In this document: positions 44,711 through 58,854 of the stretch, piece by piece | How positions within the stretch are numbered: position 1 is the stretch's first letter | Layout of the letters: every line of letters begins with the position of its first letter | From: Octopus vulgaris | Taxonomy: Eukaryota | NCBI GenBank assembly: GCA_951406725.2 | Contig: OX597838.1 | Location: 19,964,001 to 20,028,000 of the forward strand | Length of the DNA: 64,000 nucleotides | Direction: 5' to 3' | Translations under genes and position numbers: made by a program | The notes under the pieces: model-generated | What the model was told of the DNA's origin: nothing | The model's input: the letters and a program-made list of their open reading frames with translations, nothing else | Database searches by the model: none

Positions 44711-46069
44711 CAAGCTCCTTTCAGTTTCTGTCTACTAAATCCACACACAAGACTGGTTGACCTGAGGATATAGTAGAAGACTCTTTCCCAAGGTACCACA
44801 CAGTGGGACTCAATCTGGAACCATGTGGTTGGTAAGCAACTTACTTACCACACAACCACACCTGCACCTATACATCCAAAGTTAATTCAAATAAACAAAC
44901 AATTAAAAAAAAAAGGTAAAAAAATGAACATGAGGACATGCAGAGGAAATATATCAATTTGATGCTGGGTGAAGGGAGAGAGTTATTGGAAATGTTTCGT
45001 GCATAGCTCTTTGTCGGAAACAGGAAAGTCCAAAGAGAAGGAAGGAAAAATCACCAACAGTCCACATGCAGTTACATTTCTGAAGTGACTGGAAGTGGTA
45101 GGAAAAAGAGAAAGTGGCTTCTGGGACAGGAGAGCGTGAAGATGGTCGGTATGTGTGTGGTAGCATATGTATGGTAGCATGTGAGTATGTGGTAGTGTGG
45201 TAGGCGGCGAGCTGGCAGAAACGTTAGCACGCCGGGCGAAATGCTTAGCGGTATTTCGTCTGCGTTACGTTGTGAGTTCAAATTCTGCCGAGGTCGACTT
45301 TGCCTTTCATCCTTTCGGGGTCGATAAATTAAGTACCAGTTAGGCACTGGGGTCGATGTAATCGACTTAATACCTATGTCTGTCCTTGTTTGTCCCCTCT
45401 ATGTTTAGCTTCTTGTGGGTAATAAAGAAATAGGTAGTGTGTATGTATGTGGTAGTAACTGTATGTGTGGTAGCACGTGTGTGCGTGTATATGCCACTCT
45501 GAGAGGACAATCAAAGTCAGCAAGTATAGTGAAAGGTATGTGAATGGGTGGGTGTGGTTGTGTGTATGTGTGTATAGATGGCGTGAGCAGTAGTCTGGAT
45601 GGTGTGTGAATGGATGGATGTGGCTGTGTCGGTGTGCATGCATGTGGGTATGAAACTTGAAATTTGAAAAAAATATGTGCTATGAGTCAATATGTATATG
45701 TGCACACCTACCAAATTTTCCCCGTTTTTTTTTCCTCAACTCTTTCTCTTGAAACATCAAAGACTTTTCCATTCTTCCCAGGTGTCGAACTAACACACCT
45801 GTTTGTTGCTCCCTGACTTGTCCTCGTCTTTTGTTTTCTGTAAACTTTACATATATATATATATATGTCTATATAAATATATATTCTTTTACTTGTTCCA
45901 GTCATCTGACTGTGGCCATACTAGAACATCACCTTAAAGGGTTTTTTAATTGAAGTGAGAACAGGTGAAGCATGCCTGAAAAATGAACATGACAACCTCC
46001 GTCTTCTTTTCAAGCACTGAATAATAACAACTCTCCTCCCTAACCCTCACCTCATATTCTTTTCCCAGT

Positions 46070-46948
46070 TTTCAGAGTTGGCACAGTCAATGTAGGCACA
46101 ATGAAGGGTATGTCTAGTGAGATTGTAGAAGTGCTTGAAACAAGATGGGTTGATATATGCTGCATACAAGAGGTAAGATGGAGAGGAGCTTCAGCTAGGG
46201 TCCTCACAGGCAAGGCACATAGGTATAAAGTCTTCTGGCAAGATAACATGGATGGCCCTATACAGAGATGCTGTTAGTAGGGTTAGGATTGGAAATGAGT
46301 ATAGTGAAGAATTCCAGGTAGAAGTAGGGCACCACCAAGGAACAGCCCTCAGCCCCCTCTTATTCACCATAGCCCTGCAGACAATAACAGAGGAATTCAA
46401 GACAGGTTGCCCCTGGGAGTTCCTCTATGCTGATGACCTGGCCCCCATAGCAGAATCACTACCAGAACTAGAGAAGAAACTTCAAATGTGGAAGCAAGGT
46501 TTAGAATCGAAGGGTCTTAGAGTCAATGTTGCAAAGACCAAAGTTCTGGTGAGTAGGAAGGCGAACACATAACACACCACTTCAGGTAGGTGGCCCTGCT
46601 CAATCTGTAGAAAAGGTATAGGTAGAAACTCCATAAGATGTGCTCAATGTAATCTATGGACACATAAGAGGTGCAGCAACATCAAAGGAAGATTAACTGA
46701 GAAGATAGCTTTCACATGCAGCAGATGCACAGGAGCAATAAACTCCACAGATGCTCAGAAAACAGATTTTATCTCATGCCAGAGGGAGAAACTAGAAGTA
46801 GTCGATAGTTTCTGCTACCTAGGTGACCAAGTCTGTAGTGGGGATGGGTGGATGCTCAGAGACTGTTACCACTACAATAAGAATAGCCTGGGCAAAGTTC
46901 AGAATGCTTCTACCCCTACTGGTGACAAAGGGCCTCTCGCTCAGAGTG
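46070..46948 (+). mobile_element. Internally deleted RTE-type LINE (endonuclease N-terminus joined to RT)
   Basis: FRVGTVNVGTMKG...VDICCIQEVRWRG, then QGTALSPLLF...LYADDL...GLRVNVAKTK. Confidence 0.85.
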
Positions 46949-47324
46949 ACCAGTGCCACTTTGACCAGCTTCCATGCCGGTGGCATGCAAAAAGCACCAT
47001 CTGATTGTGGTCGATGCCAACTCCTCTGGCCCCTGTGCTGATGGCACTTAAAAAGTACCCACTACACTCACAGAGCGGTTGGCATTAGGAAGGGCATCCA
47101 GCTGTAGAAACACTGCCAGATCAGATTGGGGCCTGGTACAGCCTCCTGGCTTCCCAGACCCCAGTCGAACCGTCCAACCCATGCCAGCATGGAAAACGGA
47201 CGTTAAACGATGATGATGATGATGACTCCAAGAATTATTCTTTGTAAGCCTAATACTTATTTTATTGATATCTTTTGCCCAACTGCTAAGTTATGGGGAC
47301 ATAAATATGCCAACATCGGTTGTC

Positions 47325-48055
47325 AAGTGATTGCAGGAGACAAACATAAAGACACACACATAAATATCATTGATAGTAGTTGAATAATATGCTTAAGGCC
47401 GCAATTTACTCACACACAGCATCTTTCAGAGCTTGTCACAAATTCAGTTCTTAACCAAATTGAAAACTTTTAACATGTTTGAAGAAGACTGGCCCCTAGC
47501 TACATTTTGGCATAAAAAATTGAGATTTGATCAAGTAGAAAAAAGTTTACGTCAAAATTTACAGCAATGTTATAGGAGAGTAACACCACCAATCAAGTTT
47601 AGATCTAAATAACTTTTTTATTTTAGAAGCAAAATATATTTATCTTAGCTTCAATGATAGAAGAAAGCATGAAGAATTTCATAGTTTTAGTCCCATGCAA
47701 CGAAAATTTGTAAAGAAAAAGTTGTGAGGTAAAATATCATGATAAAATATAAGGCAAAAAATTGGATTCGAGCATAATTAACTTTTTAATTTTAAAAACA
47801 AACTATATTTTAATTAAGCTTAAATAACAGAGCTCAATTTGAAGAATTTCATTGCATCAATCTGATGCAGCGAAGTTTTAAAAGAAAAATATTATGAGTG
47901 TTTGTTTCTCAAATTTGAGAGTGATTTGGTTAAGAACTGAATTTGTGACAAGCCCTGAAAGATGCTGTGTGAGTAAATTGCGGCCTTAAGCATATTATTC
48001 AACTACTATCAATGATATTTATGTGTGTGTCTATGTTTGCCTCCTGCCATCACTT
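47325..48055. mobile_element. TTAA-flanked MITE (47397-47985) within a larger inverted repeat
   Basis: Arms 47325-47460 and 47924-48055 are reverse complements. TTAA at 47393-47396 and 47986-47989 flank GGCCGC...GCGGCC termini. Confidence 0.75.
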
Positions 48056-48369
48056 TTTTATGAATATAGTTCTGTAAAGGGACTTTTAATATATGCCACC
48101 AGCGTTATTGAGGTAAGGAAAAAATTATCAATGACACTGCTAATTGACACGTTATTAATTAGTATAACAGCATAGTAAGTTTTATGCAAAGTAGAATATG
48201 ATATATGGTAGGCAAATCCATTATGTAAGAAATTTCATTCAAAGAATATCAATTCTTCTGTTAGTTATGAAGAAAAAAATCTGGTGGGAACGTACACTTC
48301 TAGAAGTACGCCGAGAGTTGTCCATCTTGCCTGAAAGCCATTTCCGGTATATGGCATCCCGTTGTAAAC

Positions 48370-51300
48370 ATGGCTGTATCTCGTGTCCGAATCTGCACCA
48401 ACTTTATACACACACAGGTTCTTAAACCATTTTTTAACCGCAATGTCCGGACATTTTCTTCTTGCAACTCCGTGGCATCTTTCAAAAGTGCGCAGTCACT
48501 CCACAGCCATTACCCCGACAGTAATCTGGATCCATATTCTCCGCCGTCATCCAAGGTATTTCAAAAGACAACTTATACTTAACCATTGTTTTTCCGTTTT
48601 ATTGTTTTGTTACGGGATTGATTCGTTTTGCTTTCTAATAAACACGGGTACACGGGGTGGGAGATACATTCACGGATACACGAGGCATGTGTAAACAAGC
48701 AAGAAGAAAGTTATTTACAATTTTTTGGAAGGTGAAACTTCACAATTCGTTACTCTGTCTCTTGTTACAGATGTTTTTCACCTTGATCAAAAGTGTTCCG
48801 GCTGTGACTATCCTGTCTTTTTTTCCTTCTTCCTATCAGAGACAATATTATCCACTCTATTTATGTCTTTATTTCAGGCCCTCGGCTCTACCGTGTTAAA
48901 TTTTTAGTCATTCCTTCCATATAGCTCGACAAGGTCGAGACATTTCACTTCGGATATTTTCATGGGTTGTGGAGTATAGATATAACGAAATTATGCCAGC
49001 AAAAGCCTTGCATATTTGTTCTTATCTGCTTCATGTGTGTATGTAAAATCCGCAAATTTCCAAGGAGAAAATAGAATCGAATTGTCATTTGCTTCCACGG
49101 AATTACCCAAAGTGAAGTGTTTTGATTTTGTCGAGTTATATCGAAAGAATGCCAATTTTTAAAACGAATGGGTATCAGGCAAATTTCTTCATATTATTTA
49201 ATCTCATTGTTATGCGTTTTAAGTTCGAATTCCGCTTGACTAACCCACCAAGTCCGCATAATTATGCGGACAGACAATGATAACATGCGAAATTCTTGTT
49301 TGAGCATCTCATATAAACCCCTCATAACCTTTTTATTATTTGGAATTTTCAGGAAATTGTTGTGAATTTGTGTTCTACACACGCTCATTCATACGGTTTT
49401 TTTGTGTTTGCATAATCGTAAGAATTCGTAAATAACAGCTAAATCTCTCAGATCACACCATACTAGTTTTAAATTGTGTGCACGCACTTGGTGCTCTATA
49501 AGTAGTGAAAAATAAGCAATTGCAAGGGGATGGTCGTGGCTAGAACTCCTTTACTCGTATGTTTGCACGGTTTGGGCTGACCAGCGGCAAGTCAACAACT
49601 AATGCATGACATGGGTTATCAAAAGCAGCTGCATAGGAATTATCTCCCTTGCATACTGATCCTCATTGAAAGTCACCTCTACTTCACTAGCATGGTTGTG
49701 TAGTAAAGATGTTCTCTGTTCAACTGTGTAGTTTCCAGTTCAATACCATTGGTAGGAAGAAACTGTGTAGAGTCTCTTTCTGTTCTTGGCTAGTGGAATT
49801 AATCCATTGCCTTGTTTAAGACCACATTTAGTCCTTGGCTTTTAGTGGACTTTGTTGCAAGCCATTAGTGTTTTGAGGGAAAACTTGGGCGCATAAGAGG
49901 AATTCGGGTTAGCATAAAATAAAAGGATAAAAAAACAAAAAAAGCGTAGGAGTGGCTGTGTGGTAAGTAGCTTGCTTACCAACCACATGGTTCCGGATTT
50001 AGTTCCACTGCGTGGCACCTTGGGCAAGTGTCTTCTACTATAGCCTCAGGCCGACCAAAGCCTTGTGAGTGCATTTGGCAAACAGAAACTGAAAGAAGCC
50101 CGTTGTATATGTGTGTGTGTGTGTGTTTGTCCCCCAGCATCGCTTGACAACCGATGCTGGTGTGTTTATGTCCCCATAACTTAGCGGTTCAGCAAAAGAG
50201 AGCGATAGAATAAGTACTGGGCTTACAAAGAATAGGTCTTGGGGTCGATTTGCTCGACTAAAGGTGGTGCTCCAGCATGGCCACAGTCAAATGACTGAAA
50301 CAAGTAAAAGAGTAAGAGCAGTGTGAAAAGGGTTGAAGAATGAAAGGACCAAGTCCTCATTTTGATCAGCAATTAGTTTGATCATGGCTATCTTGGAGTT
50401 AAACAAACCACAGCACTGTTACATTTATTGCATCTCAGACTTTTTGTTTCTCACTGTTTCATTCCTCATTCTTTTAACTTTCTGTTATTTTTAAGAAAAA
50501 AAAAAAAATCTTGTCCCCATTTGTTCCATTTAACTAATTTTCAATTTTTCCATTGTCCAGCACTCCTCCATAGATTCCGATAATAACTTCACAGGATATA
50601 TTCCCATTGGTGAGTATTTTTTGTTTTGTTTTGTTTTCTCATGGGTTATTTATTAAATCGACCCCAGGATTTCATTCTTGGTAGCTAAATGAAGTGTCAA
50701 TTACCATCATCATAATTTAACGTCAATTTTCCCTATTGGCATGGGCTGGACAGTTTAACTGGAGCTTGTAAGGCCAGGGGCTGCACCAGCCTCCATTTTC
50801 AGTTTTGGCATGGTTTCTACAGCTGGATGCCCTTCCTAACACCAACCTCTCCATAGAGTGTACTGGGTGTTTTGTATGTGGCACCAGCACCAGTGTGTTT
50901 TATGTGGCACCTGCACCGGTCTCAATTCCGCTGTGGCAGTTGTGTCTTCTTGAGTACAGGAATGTGCCAAACATCTTGGTCCTTAGTCATCTCCTTTGTA
51001 AGGATCAGTGTCTTGAGACCAGCCTTCAACACTTTGTCCCATGTCTTCCTGGGTCCCCCTCTTTCACAAACTTTATCCACTTCAATTGATCTGCACTTTT
51101 GTATACAACTCTACATTCATAAGTATCACATGACCGAACCAGCACAGTCTTCTCTGTCTGAAAGAAGCCCGTCGTATATATGTATATATATATATATATG
51201 TGTGAGTGTGTATGTTTGTGCGTCTGTGTATGTCCCCAACGTCACTTGACAACTGATGCTGGTGTGTTTACGTCCCCGTAACTTAGCGGTTTGACAAAAG

Positions 51301-54300
51301 AGACCGATAGAATAAGTACTAGGCTTACAAAGAATAAGTCCTTGGGTCGATTTGCTTGACTAAAGGTGGTGCTCCAGCATGGCCACAGTCAGATGACTGA
51401 AACAAGTAAAAGAGTAAAAGAGTTATGTGACGTTTTCATTGGCAAAATGAAATAACTGAAGTTACAAGATTTGAATTGCGACCATGTGGTCACTGGTTGA
51501 GTACCTTTGCCCTTTAGCATTCAGATTATTCTAGGCGTAGCTGTGTGGTAAGAAGCTTACTTTCCAACCACATGGTTCCGTGTTCAGTCCCACTGTGCAG
51601 CACCTTAGGCAAGTGTCTTCTACTATAGCCTCATATCTAGCTGTCTTAAAAAATGAAGAACCTGATAGATAATGAAGTCGTTGTTTGATAGGCACAGTTG
51701 AAAACAACAAAGTAATCATAGCTGGAACAACTTTGATCATAGGCCTGGTTGATAAGATCTGACCTGGGGCTAAACAACTACACATTATCACATCATACAA
51801 GAAAACTTTATCAAATCCACTCATAAGGCTTTAGTTGGCCTGGGGCTATAGTAGAAGACACTTGCCCAAGGTGCCATGCAGTGGGACTGAACCCCAAGAC
51901 CATGTAGTTGGAAAGCAAACTTCTTTTCACACAGCCATGCCTGTTTGTTTGTTCCTTCTCGAGCCATGCCTGACTCATAAGGGCCGGTTTACCTGTCTCC
52001 TTGGCGTATAGGTTCCCCACCTGGACGGGACGCCGGTCCGTCGCAAGTGAGCTGGAAGATGCAGAAGGAAAGAGTGAGAGAAAGTTGTGGCGAAAGAGTC
52101 AGCAGAAGTTCGCCATTATCTTCTGCCAGAGCCGCGTGGAGATTAGGTGTTTCGCTCATAAACACACACATCGCCCGGTCTGAGATTCGAACCCATGATC
52201 TCTTGATCGCGAGTCCGCTGCTTTAACCATTAGGCCATGTGCCTCCACTAGCCATACCTGCACCTGTGTTATATTTCTAAGATGTTAACCCGTCTCTCTT
52301 ACTGATACTTTCTCTAATATTCTGTCTTCTTAATACAGATATCTCCATTCTCTAATTTTCTAATATTTGATGTTTCCATTCTTCAGATAAACTTCAAATC
52401 AGTCATATGAAATCAAGTGGTCCAGGTGGACAAAATGTTAATAAAGGTAAGAGAGCATATTTATACTTGAGAAGTGTGTGAAGTGTTTTAGGAAGGGTAG
52501 CATCTCTGGTTGAAGCACATGTTTTCTTCATCCTCAGTCTGACACTTGACCCATGGTGGCTCCAAGAGGTTTTAAAATGCTCAGTGGCACAGACGTGACT
52601 CTGTGGTAAGAAGTTTGCTTTCCAACCACATGCTGCCAGGTTCAGTTTCATTGTGTGACACCTTGGGCAAGTGTCTCCCATCTCAGGCCTAAGCCAACCA
52701 AAATGTGAATGGATTTGGTTAACAGAAACTGAAAGAAGCCTGTCGTGTGTGTGTGTTTGTGCATGCGTGCATGTGAATTTGTGTATGTGGGTTACTGTCT
52801 CATTGCCTTGACTTCATATAATAGTTGGAAATGAATGTGTCCATCTTGCAAGCAGGCTCACGTATGATACACAGGACATATTTCCCTGCCACCTATGCGT
52901 CATATTTGATACACATTCCCAATGTTTTATTTTCAACCACCAGAGTGACTTGGGACTCTGGTGGTTGAAAATAGGTGGTGAGCTGGCAGAAAAGTTAGCA
53001 CGCTGGGCAAAATGCTTAGCAGTATTTCGTCTGCCGCTACGTATGTCTTTATGTTCTGAGTTCAAATTCCACCTAGGTTGTTTCGTGCTCAATAAAATAA
53101 ATGCCAGTTGAGCTCTGAGGTTGATTAATCAACTTGCTCCTTCTCTCGAATTTGCTGGCCTTGTGCCAAAATTTGAAACCTGTGTTGCATCTGAATCCCT
53201 GATATCGTTTCCTTTTGCTTACAGTTAACACAAAAGTTGAAGTACGTTTTCATATTCAGTCCGCAACATGGATACCCTCCTGGATCAAGACAAAAGTGAT
53301 AGAAGAGGTAAGTTACAGAATCAATTGTTGTCTTATTTGGATCTCATTCCCTATCAGCTCAGTGTTATAGTACTTTTATCATCATCATCACCATCATTTA
53401 ATGTCCATTTTCCATGCTGGCATGGGTTGGACAGTTTGACCACAGCTGGAAAACTAGAGAACTGTGCCAGGTTCCAGTTTGATTTGGCACGGTTTCAACA
53501 GCTGGATGCCCTTTCTAACGCCAACTGCTTTACAGTGTCTTCTGGGTTAACATTTCTGCCGTGGAGTACGGGTCTCCTTGAGTACCTTATCTGATTCGAA
53601 AACAAACTCTTTTATCTTCACAGAATCACACGAAAATAAACAAAGAAGGATTCCTTATTGTGACATCAGATCGTACACGAAAACAGCTTCTGAACCAAGC
53701 TGACTGCATGCAAAAGCTACGGAATATGATCTTCAAAGCCAGCTTCCAACCTGCTGAGCCTTCTGAAGAAGATCTACAAATAAAAGCTGAAAGGTATGTT
53801 TTGGGAGTTCATGTAGAAGTTTTTACTCCTGATTTATTTTGCTTAATTCTTTCACATATTTCAAGGCACATACATGGCTGTGTGGTTAAGCAGTTTTGCT
53901 TCCCAACCACATGATTTTGGGGTTCAGTTCCATTGTATGGCACCTTTGGCAAGTGTCTTCTATAGCCTTGGGTCAACCAAGCCTTGTTAGTGTATTTGGT
54001 AGATGGAAACTAAATGAAGCCTGTCGTATATATCTATATATATATTAGTGTGTGTTTGTGCATGTTTATATTTGTGACACCAGTTGTCAGGTGGTGACGG
54101 TGGGAGACAAACAGACACACACACACACATATATTTACGATGGGTTTCTTCCAGTTTCTTATTTCTTCACTGCCCACAAGGGGCTATACACAGAGGGGAC
54201 AAACAAGGACAGACAAAGGGATTAAGTCGATTACATCAACCTCAGTGCCTAAGCAAGCTGGCAGAATCATTAGCACGCCAGGTGAAATGCTTAGCAGTAT

Positions 54301-54850
54301 TTCGTCTGCCGCTACGTTCTGAGTTCAAATTCCGTCGAGGTCGACTTTGTCTTTCATCCTTTCAGGGTCGATTAAATAAGTACCAATTACGCATTGGGGT
54401 CGATATAATCGACTTAATCCGCTTGTCTGTCCTTGTCTATCCTCTCTTTGTGTAGCCCCTTGTGGGCAGTAAAGAAATAGGTATTTATTTAATTGACCCC
54501 GAAAGGATGAAAGGCTAAGTCGACCTCGGTGGAATTTGAACTCAGAACGTAGTGGCAGATGAAATACTGCTAACCATTTCACCCTGCGTGCTAACGTTTC
54601 TGTCAGCTCGCCACCTTCAAATTTTCCCCAAATTTCTGTCCTTGTACTGTTTCTATCTGAAATCATTATAAATATTATTAGCGGACGTTAAATGATGATG
54701 ATGATGATGATGATTTTACTATAATGCTCAAATAATTTAATTCTTTTTTTGTTTAGGGAAGCAAAGGCCCAAAGATTAAGAATCAAAACCAAGCGTGAAC
54801 ATTCATTAAAGAAACAGTCACGACAATCTTCGGGTTATGTCTCCATGTGA
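48370..54850 (+). CDS. MRPL58: Peptidyl-tRNA hydrolase ICT1 / mitoribosomal protein mL62, complete, 213 aa
   Basis: Exons 48370-48555, 50561-50609, 52387-52446, 53225-53307, 53624-53793 and 54757-54850, all GT-AG and in frame. Translation includes [50 protein letters not shown] (GGQ motif), INKEGFLIVTSDRTRKQLLNQADCMQKLR and a basic C-terminal tail. The N-terminus resembles a mitochondrial presequence. Confidence 0.93.
48907..49153. mobile_element. MITE of the GGCATTC family, 8-bp TSD AATTTTTA
   Basis: Same TIRs and internal sequence as 9039-9694; in ICT1 intron 1. Confidence 0.85.
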
Positions 54851-55513
54851 GGAGAAAACTGTCCCATTTGCAACAACAGATTTGACTAGTTCGCCTGTGT
54901 TTGATATCACAATACAAAGAGACTTCTCCTGGATTCTATGTGGAACCAAATAAAGGATAACCCCTATGGACCTTATGTTTTTTTTTGTTTTTTAGGGATT
55001 ATGTTTTTGTGTTCATAAATCAGAGATCAAAGGACTTTATACTGGAGAATAATTATTGAAATTTTGTTTATTTATGGAATAAAATTTTAAAAAAAGAATC
55101 ATTTTTCTGGCAATTCTTTGTCCTTTATTTTCTACTTATTTCAATCTTTGGACTGTGCCCATGCTTGGGCATCACCTTGAAGGGTTTGGTCAAACAAATT
55201 GACTCCAACACTTATTTTTAAAGCCTAGTTCTAATCTATCAGTCTCTTTTGTTGAATAACTAAATTATGAGGGACAAAAACAAACTAACACCAGTTGATA
55301 ATGGTGGTGATGGTGGGGACAAACATAAAGCCATACAAATATACGCATGTTAAATTCAACTTACATTGAAAGTCAACAAAGTTTGCTTTAGAAGTGTTGA
55401 GATGTATGGAAAGATACAGATAAGGAAATAATTTTTTTTGCAAACACAGGATAATGCTAATAATATAGCATGAACAGAATAAACTATCCATATTTGGCAG
55501 AAAATATGTCGGC

Positions 55514-55586
55514 AGCCAGCCATGAGACTCGAACTCACATCTTTGTGATTACGTGGTCAAGTGCTTTACCATTAAGCTAAACTGCC
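55514..55586 (-). pseudogene. tRNA-like sequence (Thr-CGT-like) embedded in a repeat; not a credible tRNA gene
   Basis: D arm GCTT-AATGGTA-AAGC and T arm GTGAG-TTCGAGT-CTCAT are intact. The acceptor stem has a G-G mismatch and the anticodon stem is disrupted. Confidence 0.55.
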
Positions 55587-58500
55587 CAGCGCCAAATTGT
55601 TCTGCAATTTTAGGACATATAAATCTAGCTTTATAAGATGCTATCATATGTTAAATTCAGCTTATGTTGAAAGTCAACAAACAAAGTTTGTTTTAGAAGT
55701 GTTGAGATGTATTATCCTGTTCATGCTGTATTATTAGCATTATCCTGCATTCGAGAATAAAATTATTTCCTTATCTGTATCTTTTTACATACATACATAT
55801 ATATAATCACCTGGGCTGGCTCCTGTGCAGGTGGCACGTAAAAAACACCACTTGAGCATGGCCATTGCCAGTACCGCCTGACTGGCCCTCATGCCGGTGG
55901 CACATAAAAGCACACACAACACTCTCAGAGTGGTTGGCATTAGGAAGGGCATCCAGCTGTAGAAACTCTGCCAGATCAAGATTGGAGCCTGGTGCAGCCA
56001 TCTGGTTCGCCAGTCCTCAGTCAAATCGTCCAACCCATGCCAGCATGGAAAGTGGACGTTAAACGATGATGATGATGATATATATATACTTGTAAACAAG
56101 AATTATACCAGTACATATTGTTGCATTAAATAATAAGTTAAAAACCTATAAGTGCACAGACAAATGGGAAACAGACATGAAGATTTGGTGACCATCTGTG
56201 TCTGTTTTAGTTGTTTGTGCATTTATTATGATTTGAACTTGTATATATCCTCATCATTGTCACTTAACGTCTGTTTTCCATGCTGGCATGGGTTGGACAG
56301 TTTGACCGAAAACTGGGGAGCTACACTAGGTTCTAATCTGGTTTGGTAAGGTTTCTACAGCTGGATGCCCTTCTTAACACCAATCATTCAAAGAGTGTAG
56401 TGGGTGCTTTTACATATATATCATTGTCTAATCACAACCATCATGAGTCCAATGCTGACATAGGTTGGACAGGATGCAGTGGGTTCAAAGACTGCATCTT
56501 ACTCCAGTGTCTGCTTTGGCAAGGTTTCTACAGCTGGATGCACTTTCTAATGCCAACCAGTTACAGTGGTACACCAGGTGCATTTTTTTCATAACACCAG
56601 CACTAGTGAAGTTGCCATGCAACCTGCAAGACTAAGACCCGTTTTGACTGAGTGAGATTACAGAAAACAGGGAGGTGGCTTTATGCTGTGAGATGAAGGG
56701 AAAAACTTAGATGTAATGTGATTTTGGCTTGTATCACATGTAATCTCTTCCTTAGGTGACAACTACAGAAGCTCTTAGATAAGAATAAGTCTCTGTAACT
56801 AACATTTGTTAACCAAGAGAAGGCCTTTGGTTTCATTAGGTACCATGCTCTGTAATCTGGGGGTTTCTAAGCAACATATATGCAGGAATGAAATTTGCTT
56901 TGGGAGCGCAAACCTGATTTTTCAAGAGGATGTTGAAATCATTTTCACTGCCCCCAAGAAATTTTAGTGAGTGTGTTTGCACCCTCTGCATTCTTTATTC
57001 CTGAGACTATGCTAAGAAAACTTGATATAAATGAATGGCTTATGTGAGCCATGCAATCCATAAACATTCCTTGCAGAATTTAGCATGCTGACAGACGTCA
57101 ACAGCACTCAGTTCTTAGCCCATCCCTGTGTATTATAAGTTCTTTGAGGTTTCCATCTATTCACTCATCCATTTTCTCCACCTTGGTAGAGTGATGGGAG
57201 TTCTGGTTTTCCTTCCCGAGCCATGCCTGGCTCATAAGGGCCAGTTTTCCCGGTTTCTTTGGCGTATAGGTACCCCACCTGGATGGGACGCTGGTCCATC
57301 ACAGGTGAGCTGCAAGATGCAGGAGGAAAGAGAGAAATTTGTGGCGAAAGAATCAGCAGAAGTTCGCCATTACCTTCTGCTGGAGCCATGTGGAACTTAG
57401 GTGTTTCGCTCATAAACACACACATCGGCTGGTCTGAGATTCGAACCTGCGATCCCTTAACCGCAAGTCCGCTGCTCTAACCACTAGGCCATGTGCTTCA
57501 ACTTGATGGAAGTTCCCAAGTGCCTCCTCCCATAGGATTCTATTAAAATCTACCATCATTAGACTGTGACCAACTGAACCAATGGATATTATTCATTGAT
57601 CTGACCCAAGGTCTTCTGATGGTTGGCTCAGCTTGAAGACTATTTGCAATTCTTTCATTTGACCTTCTAATCACATGTCTGTAGTGCTAGAGCAGTTACT
57701 CAATACAGACAAGTTGTAGCTCAGCTTGGAGAAACAAACTCCTCCAAGTTATGCACCCTGTCAAGTAAACGTTACTCCAGAGATTGTTCGAAGGAATCCC
57801 ATTTTGGTTGTTTGTATTTGTGGTCATACTCTTTTGCTCATTAACCAACATTTATGACCAAAGATGAGATTGGGCATGAAAACCAAACTGAAGATAGCAA
57901 GTTTGGCTTTTTTTTTTTTTTACCAACCTTTCCTCTTCTGAGAATTGACTGATGAAGCTGGCCCCTTACTGTGTCAGCACCTGCAATTCTAGTATCCAGT
58001 TCAGCCTCCTTTGGGACAGGAATGAGGAATGTGTGTTTGTGGGAAATTTTATATGTTAATGATTTAATTCATATTGTCAATTCTGTCAAAGAATTAGAGA
58101 AGTATTTCCAAACATGAAAGCAAAGCCTAGAATCAACAGCCAAAAAGGAAACTTAATGAAGGCAAGAGTCTGCATCATGGCTTCAACCTGCTAGAAATGC
58201 CAGTCAAGTCTTCCACAACTCAAATGTCTTAATTAAAGAAAGACAGATTGAACGTCTAAAGAGATTGGAGAGTTGTAAGTGGCTCAGCTTTGGTCATAGG
58301 TTTGTTCCATTAAAATTGATTAGGAGCTAAACATCAAATCTCTCTCTATATATATATATATAATTGCAGCGTGGAAGGTGTTTATAAGCCATTTAAGAAA
58401 CACACAGAAATATTTTGTCGCTTTGAGACTGCGACCTGTTGCAGTCTCAAAGCGACGAAAATATTTTGACAAATTAAATTTTAATGTTGAAGTGAATCTA

Positions 58501-58793
58501 ACGGTTTTTGTGTGTTTCTTAAATGGGTTATAAACACTTTCCACGCTGCAATTGTTTTCGTTCCAGGACACGATCGCATATCATATCACTTGCTATGCAA
58601 GTACGTTTCCGTAATATATATATATATATATATATATATCATCATCATCATCATCGTTTAACGTCCGTTCTCCATGCTAGCATGGGTTGGACGGTTCGAC
58701 CAGGGTTCTGGGAAGCCAGAAGGCTGCACCAGGCTCCAGTCTAATCTGGCAATGTTTCTACAGCTGGATGCCCTTCCTAACGCCAACCACTCC

Positions 58794-58854
<61 letters not shown>

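Noticed and set aside
48291-48310. TTCTAGAA palindrome upstream of ICT1 as a heat shock element
   Set aside because: Only two in-phase pentamers, below the three normally needed.
55514-55586. Functional tRNA-Thr gene
   Set aside because: Acceptor mismatch, broken anticodon stem and location inside a repeat.
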